A stretch of DNA of 64,000 nt from Candidatus Deferrimicrobiaceae bacterium. Its GTDB lineage: Bacteria; Desulfobacterota; Deferrimicrobia; Deferrimicrobiales; Deferrimicrobiaceae. The notes below the pieces were generated by a model. That model saw nothing but the letters and a program-made list of their open reading frames with translations. It was not told the DNA's origin and did not search any database. The translations under genes were made by a program, and so were the position numbers. Location: assembly GCA_963792415.1 (NCBI GenBank), contig CAWBVY010000004.1:256001-320000 (forward strand). Direction: 5' to 3'. Below, in pieces: positions 40,291 to 48,275 of the stretch. The first letter of the stretch is position 1, and every line of letters begins with the position of its first letter.

Positions 40291-40658
40291 TCTGCCGCAA
40301 GACCCAACTGCGGGAGTCCGCCGCCCAGTGGAACCTCGACGCGCTGGTAGAGAAGCAGGGGAGCGGCACGCTCCCCTGCTTTGTCGCCGTGCTCACCTCG
40401 TATTGCACCGTCCAGGCCCCCAACACGGAGGACGGAGAGGCGATCCTCGGGGACGTGGCCGGGGCGCTGGGCGTCCCCCCGTCTTCTCCCCCGCAGATGG
40501 GGAAGGGCGGCTCGTGCGGCGGGGAGGACGAGGACGGGGAGTTCGCCTTCACGGGGTCGATGATCTCCGCCACCTGGGAATTCCCGAAGGAGCGAAGAAA
40601 TGCCGTTCTCGCCTCCTTCCGCGGGCTCTTCGCCCTGGCGAAAGTGGCCTCAAGATGA
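40284..40658 (+). CDS. Hypothetical protein
   Basis: GGAGG RBS; ATGA coupling to next gene. Confidence 0.65.
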   Translation: MLICRKTQLRESAAQWNLDALVEKQGSGTLPCFVAVLTSYCTVQAPNTEDGEAILGDVAGALGVPPSSPPQMGKGGSCGGEDEDGEFAFTGSMISATWEFPKERRNAVLASFRGLFALAKVASR

Positions 40659-42022
40659 ACTCGTACGTCGAGCTCGTGCGCCGCCGCCTCGAGGACCGGG
40701 GGAACAACATCGTCGGGAACCTCGAACGATTCATGGAACCGCAGCTGCGGTTCACGATGCGGATCTTCGGCGACTGCCTCGACGAGGAGACCCGCGGGAA
40801 GATGTTCGAAGGGTACAGCGAGCACATGTCCGAGAAGGAGCTGCGCTCGTTCGCAGGTGATTTCGTCCCCGCCTACACCGCATATGCGATCGCCGAGCTC
40901 GAGGAGAAAAAGAAGGACGGCGAGCGGCACGAACCCCCCTTCCTTACCCAGGAGGAGTACCAGGAGATGGCGGTCCGGGAGAAGTGGCCCCGGATCGCGG
41001 CGCACATGGACTTTGTTCCCCCCCTCCAGCTGCGCCGCGAGGTCGCGCGCGCGGCGATGCTGTTCCTCCCCGGGATGCTCTCCGACCCCGGGTTCAACGA
41101 GGGGGTCCTCGAGTTCTCCCTCTATTTCGACCTCCTGCAGCGGCTGCGCCCCGTCCCCGAACCGCGGCTGTGGGAAGCGGCCGGGGAGATCGCCCCGCGG
41201 ATCGCCGCGGCCGTCGCGGCGGCGTCGGAGGGGGAGCGGGAGACGCTCCTCCGGGAGATCCGCACCGCGGCGGCGGGGGCGGCGGGGCTGCCCGCCGATC
41301 CGGAGACGCTGCTGGGCCCCCCGATGGAGAAGTACCCGCGGGAGGTCCCGCCGGAATACCGCCTCAGGGAACTGAAGAACACCCTTGCCACGATGACCCT
41401 GAAGGACCTTCGCCTCACCGCGCTGGTCCACCTCGACCTGCTGACCGTCGAGGAGACCCGGCGGATCGTTCTCCCCTTCCTCGCGAAGTTCCCCTCCTTC
41501 TATGAAATGCCTTCGAAGGGGCTGCGGGAGATGATCCTGGCCGTCGCGGCGGGCGTGGACGGCCGGTCGATCACGTACTTCATCGAGCGGTACGGCTCCG
41601 GCTGGCTGGCGATGACGAAGCCGGTCGACTACATCGTATGGAAGCTGATGCCCGAGGAGGAGCGGGTCGACGCGCTCCGGCGGGACAACGAGCGGATGGA
41701 CGCCGCGATGATGGCGCGCCACCTGGCCCGGTACCTCCATTCGGAGAGCGAGCAGGACCTGTCGGACGCCGGGAAGCAGATCGCCCTGCTGACGGACGCG
41801 CGCTTCGTATCGGACCACGGGGCGATCCTCACGCGCCTGGGGGCGGAAAGGGAGGGGGAGCGGATCAAGCGGCTCTACGACACCGTGACGCTGTCGTCCG
41901 CCCGGATGGCGGGGAAACGCGCGGAAGAACGCGAGTCGGCGTACCAGGCGATCCGCGGTTTGATCGCCGACGCGGCGGGAGTCTCCGCCGCGACCAATGA
42001 GGAGGAGGGCAGCGACGGATGA
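40655..42022 (+). CDS. Hypothetical all-helical cytoplasmic protein (455 aa)
   Basis: Long ORF with typical codon usage; ATGA overlaps at both ends. Confidence 0.8.
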   Translation: MNSYVELVRRRLEDRGNNIVGNLERFMEPQLRFTMRIFGDCLDEETRGKMFEGYSEHMSEKELRSFAGDFVPAYTAYAIAELEEKKKDGERHEPPFLTQEEYQEMAVREKWPRIAAHMDFVPPLQLRREVARAAMLFLPGMLSDPGFNEGVLEFSLYFDLLQRLRPVPEPRLWEAAGEIAPRIAAAVAAASEGERETLLREIRTAAAGAAGLPADPETLLGPPMEKYPREVPPEYRLRELKNTLATMTLKDLRLTALVHLDLLTVEETRRIVLPFLAKFPSFYEMPSKGLREMILAVAAGVDGRSITYFIERYGSGWLAMTKPVDYIVWKLMPEEERVDALRRDNERMDAAMMARHLARYLHSESEQDLSDAGKQIALLTDARFVSDHGAILTRLGAEREGERIKRLYDTVTLSSARMAGKRAEERESAYQAIRGLIADAAGVSAATNEEEGSDG

Positions 42023-42225
42023 TCTTCGAATATATGGACAGGATGGTGATGTTCCAGGACACGCCGGAAGGGTTGACGGCGGACATGGCGTGGCTGAAGG
42101 AGGCCGGGGAGAACGGCTGGGAGCTTGTGACCTCCGTCCCCCTGATCGCCCCGAACCGGGACGGGATCGCCTACGGGACGGTGGGGTGCCAGATGGTCCT
42201 GAAACGTTCCAAACAGACGCAATGA
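42019..42225 (+). CDS. Small protein, DUF4177-like
   Basis: FEY...LKEAGENGWELVTSV pattern; GGAGG RBS. Confidence 0.6.
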   Translation: MIFEYMDRMVMFQDTPEGLTADMAWLKEAGENGWELVTSVPLIAPNRDGIAYGTVGCQMVLKRSKQTQ

Positions 42226-42265
42226 GCGGAGAGATCAAAATGTGTTTTATCTGCAAAAAAAGGGC

Positions 42266-42304
42266 TTGACACAAAACGGCGTGTTGCTGTATTAATAAAA
42301 CACG
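42266..42304 (+). promoter_or_regulatory. Promoter of the CoA-transferase operon with overlapping inverted repeat
   Basis: TTGACA 42266-71, AT-rich -10 region TATTAAT 42290-96, CGTGTT-N13-AACACG. Confidence 0.55.
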
Positions 42305-42511
42305 TTTATAAAGCCACGCCGGCCATATCGTGGAACATCCCGATTTTCGGCGGTTTTTTCTACCCGCCAAATCGCTCCATCCAAGGAGATGGCGTCCTTG
42401 AAAATTTACGGGAAGGGGGGATAACGGCGAGAGAAAAAAATATCGTTCATCGGTTCTCAACGTTTCATGCGTTACAGGCACGGAAAGCAAATTTCTAGAA
42501 GGAGGGGAAGC

Positions 42512-43939
42512 ATGGCTGAAAAGTGGCGCACGGAAAAGAAGCGGCCCAAAATCAAGGTTCTCCCCTGGCCCGCAATTCCCCCACCGACGGTGGAAGAGGT
42601 TTACGCCGGCGTGGACGAGAAGCGGAAAGAGTACAACCTCTGGGTGGAGTCGGCCGTCCGGCAGCAGTTCAACGCCAACAAGCCGGAGTCGCTGAACGGA
42701 ATCCGCGTCCTCGACATGACGACGAACCAGATCATGGGGCACTGGTGCTCCTCGCACTTCTCGGAGCTCGGCGCCGAGGTCATAATGGTGGAGCCGCCCG
42801 GCGGCGACCCGCTGCGGAAACTCACCCCCTTCGGCCGGGAGGAGTACATGTTCGCCGCCCAGAACGGGGAGAAGTGCGGCATCCGGTTCCTGGCGGAGGC
42901 CCGGAACAAGTTCTCCGTCACCCTCAACATCGATACCGACGAAGGGCGCAACCTGCTGAAGGCGATCATCCCGCAGGTCGACATCCTCATCGAGAACGGC
43001 GCCCCGGGCCATTACGACAGCCTGGGGATCGGCTACCGTCAGCTCTCAGAGATCAACCCGCGGCTGATCTACCTATGGGTCGGCCAGCGCGGCCAGTGGG
43101 GGCCCCTCAAGGATCAGCCCGGCGCCATGGACCCGGTCGCCCAATGCTCGATGGGCTTCGTCCACGGCACCGGCGCCCCCGTGTCGTTCGGCGGCACCCC
43201 GACCCGGTCGGGGTGGTGGCTGTGCGACCAGGTCGGCGGCACCTTCGCGGCGATGGGCGCGATGGCGGCCCTCTACGCCCGGGAGAAGTTCCTCGGGCAC
43301 GGCCAGTTCGTCGAGTGCACGGGGGCCGAGGCGGTCATCCGGATCATCGACTACAACTGGGCGTGGAACGGGATGGACGGCTCCGTCCGTCCCCGCTACG
43401 GGAACTGGGACCTCGCGATCAACATCTACGCGGTCAACCCGTGCGCCGACGGCCAGATCATGGTGGGCGGCGGGCACGACCGGCTCTGGTTCCGGATCTG
43501 GCGGGCCGCCGGGAAGGCGAAGCCGTACCTCGAGCAGCACATCTGCGAGGACCCGAAGCTGCGGGTCGTCACCGACCGGCTTCCGCACTACCAGCAGGTC
43601 GAGACGTACACCACCCTGGTCGAGTGGATGAAGGACTGCACCCGGTTCCAGTGCGAGACGGCGCTGCAGGAAGAGGAAGTCGCCTCGGGCGGCGTGTCGT
43701 TCCTCGACGAGGTCTGCGAGTTCCCGCACTACAAGTACCGCGGCCACGTGCGGCTGCTCGATGACGGCGAGTACGGCCAGGTCCTCCTCGGGGGCTCCAG
43801 CTTCATCGGATCCAACACCCCGGGCCGGATCAAGTGGATCGGCCGGCCGGTCGGCAAGGACAACGAGGACGTGTACCGCGGCCTCGCGGGCCTGAACCGG
43901 CACGAGTTGGCGAGCCTGAAGAAGGGAGGTGTCATCTAA
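42512..43939 (+). CDS. Family III (CaiB/BaiF) CoA-transferase, subunit 1
   Basis: LNGIRVLDMT, ELGAEVIMVEPPGGDPLR, RNKFSVTLNI, INPRLIY, catalytic Asp region WLCDQVGG. Confidence 0.9.
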   Translation: MAEKWRTEKKRPKIKVLPWPAIPPPTVEEVYAGVDEKRKEYNLWVESAVRQQFNANKPESLNGIRVLDMTTNQIMGHWCSSHFSELGAEVIMVEPPGGDPLRKLTPFGREEYMFAAQNGEKCGIRFLAEARNKFSVTLNIDTDEGRNLLKAIIPQVDILIENGAPGHYDSLGIGYRQLSEINPRLIYLWVGQRGQWGPLKDQPGAMDPVAQCSMGFVHGTGAPVSFGGTPTRSGWWLCDQVGGTFAAMGAMAALYAREKFLGHGQFVECTGAEAVIRIIDYNWAWNGMDGSVRPRYGNWDLAINIYAVNPCADGQIMVGGGHDRLWFRIWRAAGKAKPYLEQHICEDPKLRVVTDRLPHYQQVETYTTLVEWMKDCTRFQCETALQEEEVASGGVSFLDEVCEFPHYKYRGHVRLLDDGEYGQVLLGGSSFIGSNTPGRIKWIGRPVGKDNEDVYRGLAGLNRHELASLKKGGVI

Positions 43940-45297
43940 TGGTCGACAAGGCCTTGAAGGACATGACGTTCGAGGATTTCTGCCGCACCGTCTTCAACAC
44001 AAAGGACACGTTCCACAAGCCCGAGGTCCTGAAAGGGATCCGGGCCATCTCCACCACCCAGTACATCCTCGGCCCCTCCTGCGCGGCGTACCTGGCCGAG
44101 CTGGGCGCCGAGACGATCAAGGTCGAGCTGCCGAAGCGGGGCGAGCCGATGCGGCACACCACCCCGTTCAACGAGCCGTTCCTCTACCCCCTCTCCCGGT
44201 GGATGCCGGACAAGGGGACGGGGCTCGGCTTCTTCGGCGCGAACCCGAACGAGCTCTTCATGTCGCTCGACTTCCACAAGCCGGAAGCGATCGAGATCAT
44301 GAAGCGGCTCGCCGCCAAGAGCGACGTCTTCTGCGAGAACTACCGCGCGGGCACGTTCGACCGGTGGGGGATCGGGTACCGGCAGCACGCAGAGATCAAC
44401 CCCCGCGTCATCTATCAATGGATGGGCGGGTTCGGCGGCTGGGGCCCGGGGCGGAACCGCGCCTCGTACGACATCCTCGGCCAGGCGCAGGGCGGCTGCT
44501 TCTCCGTCACCGGGTGGCCGAAGGAGTACGGCGGGATGCCGTCCAAGCAGACGATCTGGATCATGGACTACTGGGGCGGCGCGATCTCCGCGTTCAACAT
44601 CCTCGCCTGCCTCTACTGGCGCGACAACGTGTCGAACAAGGGGAACTTCCTCGAGTACTCCCAGGTGCACGGCGCCCAGCGGCACCTGACCGACTTCATC
44701 GCCCTCTACGGCCGCACGGGCATCGTCGCCCAGCGGTGGGGGAACTGGGAGCCGCTGCTGTGCGTCCACGGGATCCTCAAGTGCGGGAAGTCGTCGTACC
44801 CGAACTCGAAGAACCCGCAGGAGCAGGAAGTCGGCTTCTGCTTCGTCTCCGCCTACAAGGACGACGATTTCAAGAAGCTGTGCGGCGTCGTCGGCAACGC
44901 CGAGCTCGCCAAGAAGTACCCGACCCACGCGGACCGCGTAGGGTCGGATGCCCAGATGGCGATCTACCCCGAGTTGGAGAAGTGGGCCGCCGACAAGACC
45001 AAGGAGCAGGTCTGGAAAGCGTTCACCGATGCCGGCCTGGTCTCCCAGCCGGTGTGGAACTCCAACGAGGCGGCGGAACAGGAGCACTGGCACCTTCGGG
45101 GCTCGATGCTGTGGCTCGACGACCCGACCTTCGGGGACGTCCTGACCCAGGGAGTTCCGTACCGGCTGTCCGAGACGCCGGGCCGGATCAAGAACGTCTT
45201 CAAGCCGGTCGGCGCGGACAACGAGTACGTCCTGGCCAAGCTGTGCGGCTACGGCGGCTCCGAGATCGCCGCGCTCGAGAAGAACGAGATCATCTAA
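43939..45297 (+). CDS. Family III (CaiB/BaiF) CoA-transferase, subunit 2
   Basis: LKGIRAI, LGAETIKVE, ENYRAG, SYDILGQAQGG, WIMDYWGG; TAATG coupling. Confidence 0.9.
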   Translation: MVDKALKDMTFEDFCRTVFNTKDTFHKPEVLKGIRAISTTQYILGPSCAAYLAELGAETIKVELPKRGEPMRHTTPFNEPFLYPLSRWMPDKGTGLGFFGANPNELFMSLDFHKPEAIEIMKRLAAKSDVFCENYRAGTFDRWGIGYRQHAEINPRVIYQWMGGFGGWGPGRNRASYDILGQAQGGCFSVTGWPKEYGGMPSKQTIWIMDYWGGAISAFNILACLYWRDNVSNKGNFLEYSQVHGAQRHLTDFIALYGRTGIVAQRWGNWEPLLCVHGILKCGKSSYPNSKNPQEQEVGFCFVSAYKDDDFKKLCGVVGNAELAKKYPTHADRVGSDAQMAIYPELEKWAADKTKEQVWKAFTDAGLVSQPVWNSNEAAEQEHWHLRGSMLWLDDPTFGDVLTQGVPYRLSETPGRIKNVFKPVGADNEYVLAKLCGYGGSEIAALEKNEII

Positions 45298-45313
45298 CAA
45301 GAATAAGGAGGTA

Positions 45314-45712
45314 ATGATGAGCAGTCCTTTCCGCGAGACGTCGCTCATACTTGAATGTCCGAAGTGCGAGACATTGAACTACCTTGATCCGTTCACCTTC
45401 TGGAACTTCAAGGGGAAGATCAAGTGCGCCGGCTGCGATGCCGTCTGGGCATACGAGCTGGTGAACGGGACCCGGACCGCCGCGCCGGCCGCCGCCACGG
45501 GGCCGCACGACAAGATGCCCGGGTACGCCCAGAGCAAGGACTGGAAGTCGATCACGGACCCCACGAAGGTCAACAAGGGGCCGCAGGCCCGCGAGGACTT
45601 CCAGGGGAAGCCGATCGCGATCACCAAGAGCAAGCGCGGCAACCCGGTGTCGGGCGCTCCGCTGAAGCCGGAAGATCTGGTCGGAAGCCGCCCGAAGCAG
45701 TTCGCGAAGTAA
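45314..45712 (+). CDS. Zinc-ribbon protein of unknown function
   Basis: TAAGGAGG RBS; CPKC..CAGC. Confidence 0.8.
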   Translation: MMSSPFRETSLILECPKCETLNYLDPFTFWNFKGKIKCAGCDAVWAYELVNGTRTAAPAAATGPHDKMPGYAQSKDWKSITDPTKVNKGPQAREDFQGKPIAITKSKRGNPVSGAPLKPEDLVGSRPKQFAK

Positions 45713-45760
45713 CGGTCGGTTCGCGGCGAAAGAACCAGGAATCTACAAAGGAGGAGAACC

Positions 45761-45949
45761 GTGGCAACTATTCCGAACTGTGCGAAGTGCAACAACTTCG
45801 TGCCCGCGACCGACCCGCATATCTCCAAGGTCTACTCGGGCCAGTGCACGAAGCTCGAATGGCCGTACAATATCAACATCCCGAAGGTCGACGGGATCGA
45901 GGGGGAGTGCGGTTTCTACGAGGGGCCCGGACCCGCGACCCTGAAGTAG
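45761..45949 (+). CDS. Small 4-Cys protein (HiPIP/BssC-like spacing), putative Fe-S carrier
   Basis: AAGGAGG RBS; CAKCNNF..GQC..GECGFY. Confidence 0.7.
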   Translation: MATIPNCAKCNNFVPATDPHISKVYSGQCTKLEWPYNINIPKVDGIEGECGFYEGPGPATLK

Positions 45950-45998
45950 GAAAAAGGTCCTTGAACCGACCGTCGCCGGTCTGATAGATTAGCGACGC

Positions 45999-46055
45999 GG
46001 CAAATCCACGGCCGCCCTGTGGTTTTCACAAGCGCGGCCGTGGATTTTGCCTTTC
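45999..46055 (+). terminator. Strong intra-operon hairpin (terminator or mRNA stabiliser)
   Basis: GGCAAATCCACGGCCGC...GCGGCCGTGGATTTTGCC followed by TTTC. Confidence 0.6.
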
Positions 46056-46105
46056 AGGGGCTCCATGTCTTCCAAAATACACACCACGAAGGAGGGTTCA
46101 CAGCG

Positions 46106-46480
46106 ATGAAGGTGGAATTCTACTACGACAGTACGGTACCGCCCGGGTCCGCGTTCCCCTGCGACAACGCCAAAGCCGTCGAGCTGATCGGACAGCTGGC
46201 GGCCAAGGGGGTCAACGCCAAGGCCACCGACCTCAAGGGCCAGCAGGTCGGGTTCATGACGTACAACGCCGCTGTGACGGGACCCAAGTCCCAGGTCCGC
46301 GCCGTGTTCGGCGCGAAAGGCGCCTTGCAGGAAGACTTCGGGAAGAACGTCCCGGCCCTCCTCCTGTTCGAGAAGGACGACGACCGTTATCCCAACGAGG
46401 CGTTTCCCCGCAGCGACAAGGAGCTGATGAAGCTGATCAGCTGCGAGGAGATGCTCCAGACGCTCCTGGCGAAGGCGTAA
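46106..46480 (+). CDS. Hypothetical protein, possible thioredoxin-like fold
   Basis: AAGGAGG RBS; MKVEFYY..PC..FGKNVPALLLF. Confidence 0.7.
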   Translation: MKVEFYYDSTVPPGSAFPCDNAKAVELIGQLAAKGVNAKATDLKGQQVGFMTYNAAVTGPKSQVRAVFGAKGALQEDFGKNVPALLLFEKDDDRYPNEAFPRSDKELMKLISCEEMLQTLLAKA

Positions 46481-46550
46481 CACCGCATACCCACACGAGG
46501 ACCGCCGGGCCGTTCCCGGCCCGGCGGGCCCTCTCACGAAGGGGGGAGTG

Positions 46551-48191
46551 ATGGCAAAGATACCCGAGAGCTACCTGCCGCCGCCCGAGCTGCGGCCCCA
46601 GCGGATCTACACGCTTGATGAGTTCAAGAACATCCCGCAGAAGTTCAACTCCACCGAAGTCCTCCTCGACCAGACGGCAGCGAAATACGGCGACAAGGTC
46701 GCGATCTACTTCGACGAGCAGCGGGTCACCTACAAGCAGCTCCAGGCGAGCGTCAACCGCGTCGCCAACGGGCTGAAGAAGCTCGGCGTCGAGGAGGGGG
46801 ACCGCGTCCTGATGCGGATGCCCAACATCGTGCCGATCATCGTGTGCAACTTCGCGATCATCAAGATCGGCGCCGTCTCCCTTCCGACCTCGGTCCTCTT
46901 CTCCCGGTCGGAGATCGCGCATGTCGCGAACGTGTCGGAAGCGAAAGTGATCATCGTCGCGGCGGTGATGCTGGCAGAGCTGGAGGCCGCGAAGGCCGAC
47001 CTGAAGTTCGCCAAGACGATCGTCGTGGTGGGCGGCGACGAGAACGAGGTCCGGGCGAAGGGGTACGTCCCGTACGCCGACCTGATGAAGAACCCCGACC
47101 AGTGCGAGGCGGTCAAGCGCGACCGGATGGACGTTTCCGTCCTCCTCTTCACCTCGGGGACGACGGGGCTCCCCAAGGGGACGGCCCACTTCATGGAAGA
47201 GTCGCTGATCGTCGCCGACGGGTTCGGGAAGTATTGCTGGGAGGTGTCCGACAAGGACGTGATCGGCGGCCCGGCGCCCCTCGCGATGGCGGCGGGGTAC
47301 TCCACCGTCGGTGTCATCCCGTTCCGGTTCGGCGCGGCCGTCTCCCTCATCGGGAAGTTCGACCCGGTCGCGATGTTCAAGAACATCCAGAACCACAGGA
47401 TCACGATCATGACGGCCCTTCCGACCGCGTACCGGAAGATGCTGGTCGACATCAACCCGAAAGAGTGGGACTACTCCTCCCTGCGGTTCTGCACCGGCGG
47501 CGGCGAGGCGCTCACCGCCAAGACGTACCTCGACTGGAAGGAGAAGTTCGGGCTGGAGATCTACGAGGGGCTCGGCACCACCGAGATGATGTTCGTGTTC
47601 ATCTCCGCGGCGGTGACGAAGAAGGTCAAGCCAGGACCGATCGGGACGGCGTGCCCCGGCTACGACGTCCGCGTGGTGAACGAGAGCTTCGAGCAGGTCA
47701 AGCCCGGCGAGGTCGGCAAGATGATCGTCCGGGGACCCACGGGGACGATCTACTGGAAGGACAACGAGAAGCAGAAGTCGTCGGTCCGCGACGGCTGGTG
47801 CCTGGCGGGCGACGTCGTCACGATGGACGAGGACGGGTACGTCCAGTTCCTCTCCCGCGAGGACGACCTGATCAAGTCGTCCGGCTACCGGATCGGGCCC
47901 GAGGAGATCGAGGAGGCCCTGGTGATGCACCCGTCCGTCGCCGACGCCGGGGTGGTCGGCGTTCCCGACCCGGTGATCGGGCAGAAGACCAAGGCGTTCG
48001 TGCAGCTCAAGCCCGGCGTCGCGCCGTCCGAGGAGCTGAAGAAGGAGCTCGTCGAGCATTGCAAGGGGAAGGTCGCCGTGTACAAACTGCCGCGGGAGAT
48101 CGAGTTCATCGACGCGATGCCCCGGACGGCGGTCGGCAAGCTGCTTCGCCGCATCCTGCGCCAGCAGGAGATCGACAAGGCGAAGAAGTAA
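46551..48191 (+). CDS. AMP-forming acyl/aryl-CoA ligase (2-aminobenzoate/benzoate-CoA ligase-like)
   Basis: FTSGTTGLPKG, EGLGTTE, GD, REDDLIKSSGYRIGPEEIE, PRTAVGKLLR; N-terminal YLPPPELRP. Confidence 0.9.
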   Translation: MAKIPESYLPPPELRPQRIYTLDEFKNIPQKFNSTEVLLDQTAAKYGDKVAIYFDEQRVTYKQLQASVNRVANGLKKLGVEEGDRVLMRMPNIVPIIVCNFAIIKIGAVSLPTSVLFSRSEIAHVANVSEAKVIIVAAVMLAELEAAKADLKFAKTIVVVGGDENEVRAKGYVPYADLMKNPDQCEAVKRDRMDVSVLLFTSGTTGLPKGTAHFMEESLIVADGFGKYCWEVSDKDVIGGPAPLAMAAGYSTVGVIPFRFGAAVSLIGKFDPVAMFKNIQNHRITIMTALPTAYRKMLVDINPKEWDYSSLRFCTGGGEALTAKTYLDWKEKFGLEIYEGLGTTEMMFVFISAAVTKKVKPGPIGTACPGYDVRVVNESFEQVKPGEVGKMIVRGPTGTIYWKDNEKQKSSVRDGWCLAGDVVTMDEDGYVQFLSREDDLIKSSGYRIGPEEIEEALVMHPSVADAGVVGVPDPVIGQKTKAFVQLKPGVAPSEELKKELVEHCKGKVAVYKLPREIEFIDAMPRTAVGKLLRRILRQQEIDKAKK

Positions 48192-48230
48192 CGGGGGATA
48201 CCGCGCTTCACGGCGCGGTGGCGGGACCGG

Positions 48231-48267
48231 AGCCCGGGGGCGTGCCGCCCCCGGGCTTTCTTCGTTT
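48231..48267 (+). terminator. Intrinsic terminator after the ligase
   Basis: AGCCCGGGGG...CCCCCGGGCT followed by TTCTTCGTTT. Confidence 0.65.
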
Positions 48268-48275
48268 CCGCCCCG

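Noticed and set aside
42389-42424. Possible leader peptide MASLKIYGKGG
   Set aside because: AAGGAG abuts the ATG with no spacing, and no attenuator-type codon run or terminator follows
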